DNA of 32,000 nucleotides from Planctomycetales bacterium (GTDB lineage Bacteria; 4484-113; JAFGCY01): NCBI GenBank assembly GCA_022646745.1, contig CP060262.1, positions 3,210,001 to 3,242,000 of the forward strand, read 5' to 3'. Shown piece by piece: positions 24,700 to 32,000 of this stretch (position 1 is its first letter; each line of letters starts with the position of its first letter). The notes under the pieces were generated by a model. It saw only the letters and a program-made list of their open reading frames with translations, ran no database searches and was not told where the DNA came from. The position numbers and the translations under genes were made by a program.

Positions 24700-25650
24700 C
24701 TACTCCCCGGCAGGCTGAGTGCCGTTTCCATTGCTGCTGATGCCGGCAGTGAACTGGTGCAGGCTGGCATTCTCCATTTCATTTTCGTCATGGTCCTCGG
24801 CTGCATACTCAGCCATCTTCTGCTTTTCCAAGGCAGCGGACTTCACTTCCTCATGGTGCGAGCGCATGTCGCTCGTAACGACCTCACCAACAATCACACC
24901 ATCAAGCTTTGCCCCGTCCATGTTGACTGCTTCAAGGTTGACATTCTCAAGCTTCGAGCGCGTCAGGTCGGCATTGCGCATGTCCGTGTCCTCGAAGAAG
25001 GCGTTGCTCATGTCGCATTCGGAAAGATCGCTGCCCTGCAGGTTCGTGCCATACATCACGGAGTAGGTGAGATCGGAATGTGAGATGTCTATCCCGGACA
25101 TCTCGGCCCCGCTGAGCGCTGCCAGTCGGAAGTAACAGTTGCCAAGGTATGCCCCACTGAAATCGCAGTTGCGCAGGTCAGCCTTGGTCCAGAAGGCTCG
25201 CTTCGCATGCACTGCCCTGAAGGAAACACCTTCCGCCTCCGCGGCACTGAAGTCAGCTCCGTCGAGAACCGCTTCATCGAAGGTGGAGTTATACAGTTTC
25301 TGCAATAGCAGGCTGGTAGTTGTCAGGTTAGCGCCGGAGAAGTCGCATTTCACTGCCTCCCCCTTGCTCATGTTGCTCAGGTGAAGGTTGGCCTTGCGGA
25401 AGTTGCATGCCCGGAATCTCGTCATCCTCAGCAGGCAATCGGACACATCCGCCCCCTCCAGGTTGCAGCCGAATACTTCGCACTGCGAAAAATCGATGCG
25501 AGACAGGTCCAGTCCAGACAAGTCCACCTGGTTGAAGCGCTTGCCATTGATGACGATGCGTGCATCGGATTCCTCAAAGTGCTGTGCACGCGCGGATTTG
25601 TACCCCTCGCGGTCATTGCACAGAAGTTCATGCCAGTCAATCTTGCTCAT
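24700..25650 (-). CDS. Pentapeptide-repeat protein with an acidic C-terminal tail
   Basis: 316 aa. About 40 consecutive A(D/N)LXX-type pentapeptides (DLSGLDLSRIDFSQCEVFGCNLEGADVSDCLL...). GGAGGAG Shine-Dalgarno upstream. Confidence 0.9.
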   Translation of the reverse strand: MSKIDWHELLCNDREGYKSARAQHFEESDARIVINGKRFNQVDLSGLDLSRIDFSQCEVFGCNLEGADVSDCLLRMTRFRACNFRKANLHLSNMSKGEAVKCDFSGANLTTTSLLLQKLYNSTFDEAVLDGADFSAAEAEGVSFRAVHAKRAFWTKADLRNCDFSGAYLGNCYFRLAALSGAEMSGIDISHSDLTYSVMYGTNLQGSDLSECDMSNAFFEDTDMRNADLTRSKLENVNLEAVNMDGAKLDGVIVGEVVTSDMRSHHEEVKSAALEKQKMAEYAAEDHDENEMENASLHQFTAGISSNGNGTQPAGE

Positions 25651-25769
25651 AACTCCTCCGTGACCTGTTCATCGGAGCGAATCCATGCGCACTTCAGCGC
25701 GGAGTTACCATCGGAGGTGAATTACTGGTGAATCAGCACTGGCGCGAGATAAATTGTGAATGCCAGTCA

Positions 25770-25775
25770 TATAAT
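25770..25775 (+). promoter_or_regulatory. -10 box TATAAT, 7 nt upstream of in-frame GTG 25783 (putative leaderless promoter)
   Basis: tcaTATAATccgtgcaGTG. The box lies inside the ORF-track version of the gene (start 25756). Confidence 0.4.
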
Positions 25776-25782
25776 CCGTGCA

Positions 25783-27096
25783 GTGAAATACACCCCCGGC
25801 TACGAATGGTTCATCACCCCGCACTGGCTGCGTCGCTTCGGGCCGCTCAGGCTAGTTGACGGCTCTCTGTTGGATCGGATCGGCCTGCATTTCTACACGC
25901 TGTATGCCGTTCTCGGCGGGGTGATGTCAGGCACCTTCACCCTCAACAGTTTCGTACTCAAGGAAGCCCTGCACGGAACCACATTCCAGGTGGCACTGAT
26001 TTCCATGCTCGGCAGTGTCTGCCTGCTACTGGGGATCTTTGGCTCGGAGCTTGTTGACGGGCGTGACAAGCGGCCGTTTATCTTCTGGATGGGACTGATC
26101 AGTCGCGGTTCCTTCGTGCTGTACCTATTCGTCTGGGATGCCTGGAGCTTTATCGGAGTTTCAGCGCTGTTCTTCGTCAGCAATGCGTTGCTGATGCCGG
26201 CAGTATTCGCAATGTGGCAGGCCAACGTCAGTTCAGCCTCGCGCAGCAGGTTATGGGGCCTGACAGTGACGGTATCAACTATTGTCAGCATGGCCTGTGC
26301 CGCCGGTACCGGCTATATCCTTGACTTCAACCAGTTCAATTTCCGCTGGCTGTTCGCTGTCAGTGGTCTGGTTGGGCTGCTTGGCACTCTTATCCTTGCT
26401 CAGAGTCCACTGCGCGGCAAGTACAAACTCAATACGGAACTTCCCGCACTAAACTTTCGCAAACTGTTGATAGAACCTATCAATGGCTTTGTCGCACTGT
26501 TGAAGCGTGACAAACCATTCCTACATTTCGAGGCAGCATTCTTCTTGTATGGTTCAGCGCTGATGCTCATGTTTCCGGTGATGCCCTTCTACCTGAAGGA
26601 CGTGATTGGAATGAGCTACGCTGAGATTGGCATTGCCCAGGGCCCACTTGCCATGGCCGGCGTGATAATGCTTTCGCCGGTATGGGGAAAATTCATGGAT
26701 GGACGGGGACCGGCAGCTCTTTGCAGTGTGATCTTTACCATCTTATCGATCTTCCCGCTTAGCCTGATGCTTGGGCTGCGGGGTTATGACCACGGTTCCC
26801 TGATCCTGATCGTGTACTGTGCCTACCTCGTATTCGGCATCGGCATGAGCGGTATCAACGTTGCCTGGAGCCTCGCTCCTGTCACCTTTGCACGGGGTGC
26901 AGATGCCAGTCCCTATAGCGGCGCGCATGTCACCATTACCGGAATCCGTGGGGCGATTGCACCGCTGATGGGTGCATTGCTGATGAACATCAGCTATGAG
27001 TTCGTGTTCTACTGCAGCGCTTCATTGTTCCTGCTTGGCGCTGTTGGCATGGTGCTGCACCGCCGCCATTACCGTTACGAGGCGGAAACCTCCTGA
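25783..27096 (+). CDS. MFS-type transporter
   Basis: About 12 hydrophobic helices by eye, with a central loop (SPLRGKYKLNTELP) splitting 6+6. The ORF track gives 25756..27096. No substrate inference is possible. Confidence 0.7.
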   Translation: MKYTPGYEWFITPHWLRRFGPLRLVDGSLLDRIGLHFYTLYAVLGGVMSGTFTLNSFVLKEALHGTTFQVALISMLGSVCLLLGIFGSELVDGRDKRPFIFWMGLISRGSFVLYLFVWDAWSFIGVSALFFVSNALLMPAVFAMWQANVSSASRSRLWGLTVTVSTIVSMACAAGTGYILDFNQFNFRWLFAVSGLVGLLGTLILAQSPLRGKYKLNTELPALNFRKLLIEPINGFVALLKRDKPFLHFEAAFFLYGSALMLMFPVMPFYLKDVIGMSYAEIGIAQGPLAMAGVIMLSPVWGKFMDGRGPAALCSVIFTILSIFPLSLMLGLRGYDHGSLILIVYCAYLVFGIGMSGINVAWSLAPVTFARGADASPYSGAHVTITGIRGAIAPLMGALLMNISYEFVFYCSASLFLLGAVGMVLHRRHYRYEAETS

Positions 27097-27097
27097 G

Positions 27098-27532
27098 TTA
27101 CAGCCCCCGCAGGTATGCCATCAGGTCCTGTACTTCCTTGGCCTTTTCGTTTGCACGTCGCAGCGCCATGCGGTCAGGATTGGTCATGCAGACCATAGCC
27201 TGCTCATAGAGCGCATCCTCTGTGGTGAGCGGATCACTCTTGAACTTCTTCTTCAGGTTCTTCAGGATCACCTTGTTGTCAGGATCATAATCCTTCATTG
27301 TAATCTTCTCGGATGTGGGCTTGTAAGCCGGGTCATGGCACATCGCACAGGCCTTGTTCTCCAGCGGTGTCCAGGCATGGTTGTCAGCAAACACAACGGC
27401 ACCACGGTCGAAGGCTTCCTGATCGAAACCCCGGTTCTGGAAAGACTGGATGCCACCCGTGATCTGTTTCCAGAACACGGCGATGATTATCACGAACACC
27501 ACAAGGATGATCCAGCCATAGTCTGCTTTCAT
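27098..27532 (-). CDS. Membrane-anchored class I monohaem cytochrome c
   Basis: Start ATG 27532 is 1 nt after the dnaX stop (TGAcATG). N-terminal TM WIILVVFVIIIAVFW, CAMCH haem site, a downstream Met (AMVCMTNPDRM), and a C-terminal helix ending DLMAYLRGL typical of class I cytochromes. The ORF track extends to 27580, overlapping dnaX. Confidence 0.75.
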   Translation of the reverse strand: MKADYGWIILVVFVIIIAVFWKQITGGIQSFQNRGFDQEAFDRGAVVFADNHAWTPLENKACAMCHDPAYKPTSEKITMKDYDPDNKVILKNLKKKFKSDPLTTEDALYEQAMVCMTNPDRMALRRANEKAKEVQDLMAYLRGL

Positions 27533-27533
27533 G

Positions 27534-29153
27534 TCAGTCTCCGTCCTTAAGTTCGGTGGCACCGAACAATTCCATTGCATCCTCAGCGCTCAGGACGTCC
27601 TTTCCCCTAGCTGCTCCTGCATTCCCGGATGCTTGCGGCTCGATTGTAGCACCGCCGTTGGCTGAAGCCCCCTGCAGCTCAACCGGCTCAGCTTCACCGG
27701 CAATGCTGACAGCTACTCCACTGCCATTCCCATAGGCTGAACGGGCTGCCTGCACCAGTGCATCTCGATGCTCGGGCTGCAGCGCATAGCGTACAGCCAT
27801 CCTGCCCGGTCCATTGTCCTCGAATTCCAGCAGCAGCCTGTTATCCTGGAAGTGCGGCCGCACGCCAACCCTCACCAGTGCAAAACTCGTAAGGCTGCTT
27901 GACTCCAGTGCCGCCAGCATTGCTGACCATTGCGCATCATTTTCCATGCTGAACACGGGATCAGGTTCCCGCTGGCGTGCATGCTCCTGCAGGGGGGGCT
28001 GCTGAACTGCAGGTGAGAGTTCAGGTGCATCATGCTTAATTTTCGGTTCTGCAACGCGCCCAGTCGGCGCGTCCTGCTTGCGGCGCTCAGGCCTGGCTTC
28101 TGTTTGTACCTGTCTGGCAACCGGTGCCTGCACCCTTTCTCCAGCCTGCATCAGGTCATGGCAACGCAGCAGGCTCAGCTCAACCAGCAGTGCAGGGAAA
28201 CTCTCATGCTTCAGCAGGTTAAGCGCTTCCCACATTACTGCCAGGCACTCGCGCATACGCGGATCAGGATTGGCAATGTAGTCCTGCTTGATGGTTTCGC
28301 TCAGCTGTACGAGGAAACGGCCGGCATCAGCCCCCTGCTCAACGAGCCCTCCCCAGATTTCCAGCAGTTCCTCACGTCCGCCCTCCCTGATGAGGGACAG
28401 CACCTTGCCCGGCAGTTCCGGGTTGCCAAGCTGGAACAGTTCCTGCGCGGCTTGCTCGGTGATCTCATCCTCACAGTAGACGGTCAGCTGGTCCAGCAGA
28501 CTGATTGCATCGCGCGCACTGCCCTCCGCCAGCCGCGATAACAGCATGCCGGCTGCGTGGTCCATCCGGAAGCCTTCCTCGCCGGCAATCCAGACCAGGT
28601 GATTTGCCAGGTCATCCAGTGGAATGCGCTGGAAATCAAACCTGATACAACGCGAGAGGATCGTGATCGGCAGCTTGTGCGGCTCAGTCGTGGCGAACAG
28701 GAACTTCACATGAGAAGGCGGTTCCTCAAGGGTTTTCAGCAGGGCATTGAATCCCTGCGCCGTGACCATGTGGACCTCATCGATGATGTAGATCTTGAAA
28801 GGGAACTCGATCGGGGCATAGCCAACCTTGTCCCGCAGGTCACGGATATCCTCAACCTTGTTGCGGCTTGCGGCATCAATCTCGATCACATCAACCGCGT
28901 TGCCATTTGCTATCGCTTCGCAGTTCGTGCACTTACCGCAGCAGTCCCCGTCCTGGGGGTCGAGACAGCAAAGCGCCTTGGCAAAGATGCGGGCGACACT
29001 GGTTTTCCCGGTGCCGCGCGGCCCGCAGAACAGGTAGGCGTGGCTCAGGCGGCCTCGCCGGATCGCATTTCGCAGGATGGTCGTGACGGATCCCTGCCCG
29101 ACCAGTTCAGCGAATCGCTGGCTCCTGTATTTCCTGTATAGAGTCTGGGACAT
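27534..29153 (-). CDS. dnaX: DNA polymerase III subunit gamma/tau
   Basis: LYRKYRSQRFAELVGQ, Walker A GPRGTGKTS, zinc module CGKCTNCEAI, DEVHM, SRC motif. Confidence 0.95.
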   Translation of the reverse strand: MSQTLYRKYRSQRFAELVGQGSVTTILRNAIRRGRLSHAYLFCGPRGTGKTSVARIFAKALCCLDPQDGDCCGKCTNCEAIANGNAVDVIEIDAASRNKVEDIRDLRDKVGYAPIEFPFKIYIIDEVHMVTAQGFNALLKTLEEPPSHVKFLFATTEPHKLPITILSRCIRFDFQRIPLDDLANHLVWIAGEEGFRMDHAAGMLLSRLAEGSARDAISLLDQLTVYCEDEITEQAAQELFQLGNPELPGKVLSLIREGGREELLEIWGGLVEQGADAGRFLVQLSETIKQDYIANPDPRMRECLAVMWEALNLLKHESFPALLVELSLLRCHDLMQAGERVQAPVARQVQTEARPERRKQDAPTGRVAEPKIKHDAPELSPAVQQPPLQEHARQREPDPVFSMENDAQWSAMLAALESSSLTSFALVRVGVRPHFQDNRLLLEFEDNGPGRMAVRYALQPEHRDALVQAARSAYGNGSGVAVSIAGEAEPVELQGASANGGATIEPQASGNAGAARGKDVLSAEDAMELFGATELKDGD

Positions 29154-29166
29154 CTGTAGCGGGCCT

Positions 29167-29172
29167 ATTATA
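29167..29172 (-). promoter_or_regulatory. -10 box TATAAT, 13 nt upstream of dnaX ATG (very short leader, no Shine-Dalgarno)
   Basis: Minus strand tttATAATaggcccgctacagATG. Confidence 0.4.
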
Positions 29173-29196
29173 AAGCGCCGATCTGCCTCGCTGGAC

Positions 29197-29205
29197 TGCT
29201 ACAAT
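29197..29205 (+). promoter_or_regulatory. Extended -10 TGcTACAAT, 7 nt upstream of GTG 29213 (putative leaderless promoter)
   Basis: tgctacaattccgttcGTG. The encoded N-terminus starts directly with a signal peptide. Confidence 0.45.
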
Positions 29206-29212
29206 TCCGTTC

Positions 29213-30538
29213 GTGCGCCTTCCATCGATCTGCCTGTTGTCCAGTTTGCTGCTGTTGCTGCCCCTTTACGGCAGTGCCCAGGATGATGCTGGACAGGCTG
29301 AGGTCATTGACCAGGGCACGGTTGAGTTGTTGTCTGATTCACCCCAGCCCGGCGAGCTTGTCCGTATCAGGCTCAGGAATTCCGCCCTGGATTACGTGCT
29401 GGATAATCCCAGCGCGTGGTCGGTAAAGGCCAGCGGAATCACAGTCCCGTCAATCATGCAGATAGCAGATGGAGGCCTGCCCCAGGCTGAATCGGAACTG
29501 CAGGTGATAGACCCCGGCCAGCCACAGACCAAGGACCGCGTGGTGCTGATCGACCGCGGAGAATCACCGCGCGAGAACGACTTCCTTGAACTCAGCTTCA
29601 GTGCCACCAGCGTCCTCACTAGCGTGCTGCCTGAAGCTGGCCCCACACGTTCTGACTTCAGCCAGAAGGGAAAGGAACAGCTGGTCTTTCAGGAAGTGAC
29701 GGCCGATGGAGTACTTCGCATTTCTGACATTGACTTCAAGCCACTCGAACTCAATCGTTACATCAGGCTGACAATCCGCAATGGTGCAGACTGCGCTATC
29801 TCAGAAGTCAAGGTTGGCAATCGCACGGAAATGCCGGAGTTGCATGAAGTACCGGTGGCAATCGGTTCAATGCGCACCATTCCCGCCGGAGGAGGCAGCG
29901 TCTGGCCCCTCGTGTTGTCAACGAACCGCATGCCGCTGCGCAAACTGAAGATCGTGACTGACAACCCTGGCATGTACAGGCGGCTGCGCTTCGTGCGCAT
30001 GGATGACCAGCAGCATGAACTCTACAAGGAAGCAGAAATCGTGTATGCCGACAGCCTGAAGGCCAATGGGATTACCCGCACGAATAACTACGTTGAACTC
30101 AGTGGTGGAATGGGTGGACAGCAGCCCGCCCTGATAGTCGAAGACGGCAGTGGTGTGGTATTGCCGCTGAAGAGCGTACAGGCCTACGCAGCTGAAGTGT
30201 ACATCTGCTTTGCCTGGCCGGATTCAGGCAATCCGGTGCTCAGTCCGCTTTCTCCGGAGAGTGCTCCGGAGGAAGATCTCGTCAGCGGCTCGCAGCTCGT
30301 GGGCACCTTCAGCACGATCAGTGCCGCAGCAGCAGTGCGCCCATCAGATGCAAATGAGGAGGATGGCGCCAGTACCAAGTCCGGCGAAGACAAGGGTTTT
30401 CTTGGTGAGCTGGACCTGCAGAAGTACCTTCCTAAGTTCGAAATCGGCTACAAGATCCTCCTGCCGCTGGCGCTCCTTCTTGCAATTGCGGGCCTGGCAG
30501 CACTGATCAGTGCCCGATCCCGGGATTTCAGGGGGTAG
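29213..30538 (+). CDS. Secreted protein with a C-terminal membrane anchor, probably two beta-sandwich (discoidin/galactose-binding-like) domains
   Basis: Signal peptide MRLPSICLLSSLLLLLPLYGSAQD. Stretches RYIRLTIRNGADCAISEVKV and YRRLRFVRMDD resemble F5/8-type-C-like strands. C-terminal TM ILLPLALLLAIAGLAALI plus a basic tail. The layout is reminiscent of DUF3999, unverified. Confidence 0.5.
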   Translation: MRLPSICLLSSLLLLLPLYGSAQDDAGQAEVIDQGTVELLSDSPQPGELVRIRLRNSALDYVLDNPSAWSVKASGITVPSIMQIADGGLPQAESELQVIDPGQPQTKDRVVLIDRGESPRENDFLELSFSATSVLTSVLPEAGPTRSDFSQKGKEQLVFQEVTADGVLRISDIDFKPLELNRYIRLTIRNGADCAISEVKVGNRTEMPELHEVPVAIGSMRTIPAGGGSVWPLVLSTNRMPLRKLKIVTDNPGMYRRLRFVRMDDQQHELYKEAEIVYADSLKANGITRTNNYVELSGGMGGQQPALIVEDGSGVVLPLKSVQAYAAEVYICFAWPDSGNPVLSPLSPESAPEEDLVSGSQLVGTFSTISAAAAVRPSDANEEDGASTKSGEDKGFLGELDLQKYLPKFEIGYKILLPLALLLAIAGLAALISARSRDFRG

Positions 30539-31031
30539 GATCAAGATCGCGCGGATTCTGGATGGCAATCACCTTGAAGTCGCCGTGCATGATCTCTGAC
30601 CAGCTTTTCTTCGTTGTCTTTAGGATGGCCAGGCTGCAGGTCTTGAGCACAGTGTCATAGCTATCCGTCAACTCATCTACAAGATTTTCAAGCGCAGGAT
30701 TGTGACCCACGAGCAGGACCGTATCATAGCTGTCGTCGAGAGCCATGATCATGTCCAACATGTCCGCAGAGTATGCGCCATACATGTGCTCGTTCTCATC
30801 CATCTCAGGATTGCCGCAGCGACTGGCAACATTTCGTGCAGTTCCCAGCGCACGTGCTGCAATGCTGCTGATGATCAGGTCCGGCTTCATTCCCTTCCGT
30901 GAGATGAAATCTCCCATGACCAGCGAGTTGCTCTCACCGCGCTCGGTGAGCACCCTGTCGAAATCAGCCTTATCCACGCTCTCAGCCGGCTCAGCCTTGC
31001 CGTGCCTGAGAACGAGCAACGTCTTTGCCAT
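30528..31031 (-). CDS. sixA: Phosphohistidine phosphatase SixA (histidine phosphatase superfamily)
   Basis: LLVLRHGKA ... RVLTERGE ... VLLVGHNPALENLV. ATG 31031 is preceded by GAGAGGTGA. The ORF track uses the adjacent TTG at 31034. Confidence 0.8.
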   Translation of the reverse strand: MAKTLLVLRHGKAEPAESVDKADFDRVLTERGESNSLVMGDFISRKGMKPDLIISSIAARALGTARNVASRCGNPEMDENEHMYGAYSADMLDMIMALDDSYDTVLLVGHNPALENLVDELTDSYDTVLKTCSLAILKTTKKSWSEIMHGDFKVIAIQNPRDLDPTP

Positions 31032-31078
31032 CAATCACCTCTCATTCCTTCCACCGTACGGCGGCACTCGGTCTCCTT

Positions 31079-31084
31079 TAGAAT
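31079..31084 (+). promoter_or_regulatory. -10-like box TAGAAT, 7 nt upstream of GTG 31092
   Basis: cttTAGAATagtcagcGTG. Confidence 0.35.
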
Positions 31085-31091
31085 AGTCAGC

Positions 31092-32000
31092 GTGTTGGTC
31101 GCCTATCTAGCGATTTTAGCATTCTACGGATGGCTGATGATCAGCCGCCGCTTGACCGCCACGATCGCCATCCCACTGTGTGCCTTCAGCATCGCCATGC
31201 TGGCGATGATACCTGTTGCCGCTTCCGGCGGTCTACTGTCCTACGGGAACGCAATCCTCAGGGAAGTGCTCCAGCCCGGCATTGGCCTACTGTCCAACTG
31301 GGTTTTCGCGGTGATCCTCGGTGCAGTGATCGCCGCTCAGTTGCGCATCAGCGGGGCCGCTGAGCGGCTGGTGCGCTACACGGCTGAGTATGCAGGTGAA
31401 GATCGTTTCCGGCTTGGCCTCAGCATACTGATCATCATTGCAGTGCTATTCACGACACTTGGCGGACTAGGGGCAGTGATCCTCGTGGCTTCCATCTGCC
31501 TTCCCGTGCTGTTCAGCCTGGGCATAGAGCGCAGGGTGGCCGGCGGGATCTTCCTTCTCGGGCTGAGCCTTGGCGGCGCGTTGAACCCTACCAACTGGCA
31601 GGGCTACCAGCAGATCCTCACAGGCGACAGCATTCCCGAAGCACTAAGGCTCGACCTCTCCGATGTGATCCGCTTCGGAGTCGTGATGGCTGGGCTGTTC
31701 CTGCTGGTCAGCGTCTTCTACCTGCTCAGGACGCTCAGCTCCAGCACAGACAGCCTGCGGCACATCACTGGCCTGGCCGCTTTCCTCGCCTGCCTCGGAA
31801 TTGGGGCCTGGGGAATTTCTGGTTCATCCGCTGCAACTGCAGTATTCCTGCAAGGCCTGCACTGGCTGCTGTCCGGACTGCTGATCTTGCTGCTTGCCAT
31901 GCTGGTTCTTCGTCTGATCCTGCTGTTCCTCGATTCCCCCGCAGACTCCTGGACCGCAAGGACTGATAACTGGCTGGCTGCGGCCAGCCTGCTGCTTCCG
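31092..32000 (+). CDS. Polytopic membrane permease, 5' fragment that runs off the window; not in the ORF track because it has no stop
   Basis: Hand translation is open from 31092 to 32000: VLVAYLAILAFYGWLMISRRL...GGLGAVILVASICLPVLFSLGIERRVAGGIFLLGLSLGGALNPTNW.... It has multiple TM helices and an ion-transporter-superfamily flavour (GntP/CitMHS/DcuC-like). The family is uncertain. Confidence 0.55.
   Translation, partial: MLVAYLAILAFYGWLMISRRLTATIAIPLCAFSIAMLAMIPVAASGGLLSYGNAILREVLQPGIGLLSNWVFAVILGAVIAAQLRISGAAERLVRYTAEYAGEDRFRLGLSILIIIAVLFTTLGGLGAVILVASICLPVLFSLGIERRVAGGIFLLGLSLGGALNPTNWQGYQQILTGDSIPEALRLDLSDVIRFGVVMAGLFLLVSVFYLLRTLSSSTDSLRHITGLAAFLACLGIGAWGISGSSAATAVFLQGLHWLLSGLLILLLAMLVLRLILLFLDSPADSWTARTDNWLAAASLLLP

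Noticed and set aside
27534-29153. Programmed frameshift or slippery A-run in dnaX producing a gamma subunit
   Set aside because: I found no A AAA AAG-type heptamer or long A run on the coding strand by eye. This cannot be excluded without a systematic scan.
1-32000. Mobile elements, prophage, CRISPR arrays, restriction-modification or known defence systems
   Set aside because: I saw no transposase, integrase or Cas-like ORFs, no direct-repeat/spacer arrays and no terminal inverted repeats. The only tRNA is not flanked by an integrase or an att-like duplication. Gene content and codon usage look uniform across the window.

Overview
This 32 kb window is moderately GC-rich (judged by eye, not computed) and is mostly densely packed chromosomal housekeeping DNA. 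The host looks like a diderm, flagellated bacterium that makes c-type cytochromes, based on LPS genes (hldD-like, kdsB), a fliD homologue and four CXXCH proteins. I support about 28 CDS: lepA, hpf, kdsB, queG, an htrA-like protease, fliD, rapZ, sfsA, dnaX, sixA, a cytX-like permease and others. I also support one tRNA-Met(CAU), one TPP riboswitch and one candidate small RNA that has its own promoter and intrinsic terminator. I saw no CRISPR array, transposase, integrase, prophage genes or canonical defence genes. All protein calls rest on motif recognition by eye, with no searches run. Five things stand out. (1) The FliD filament-cap homologue is 1288 aa, has multiple internal IN-motif modules, sits away from other flagellar genes and follows a sigma-28-like promoter. 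(2) A -10 box (TAnnnT) lies 6-7 nt upstream of the start codon of at least ten genes, which implies widespread leaderless mRNAs and exposes false N-terminal extensions in the ORF track. (3) An orphan promoter-to-terminator unit of about 135 nt next to rapZ is a candidate sRNA. (4) A tightly packed minus-strand cluster encodes a pentapeptide-repeat protein, a CgeB-like glycosyltransferase, SfsA, a degenerate-phosphoesterase/tetrahaem lipoprotein and a nucleotidyltransferase. (5) A membrane-anchored cytochrome c gene is translationally coupled to dnaX. None of these can be shown to be a new system from sequence alone.
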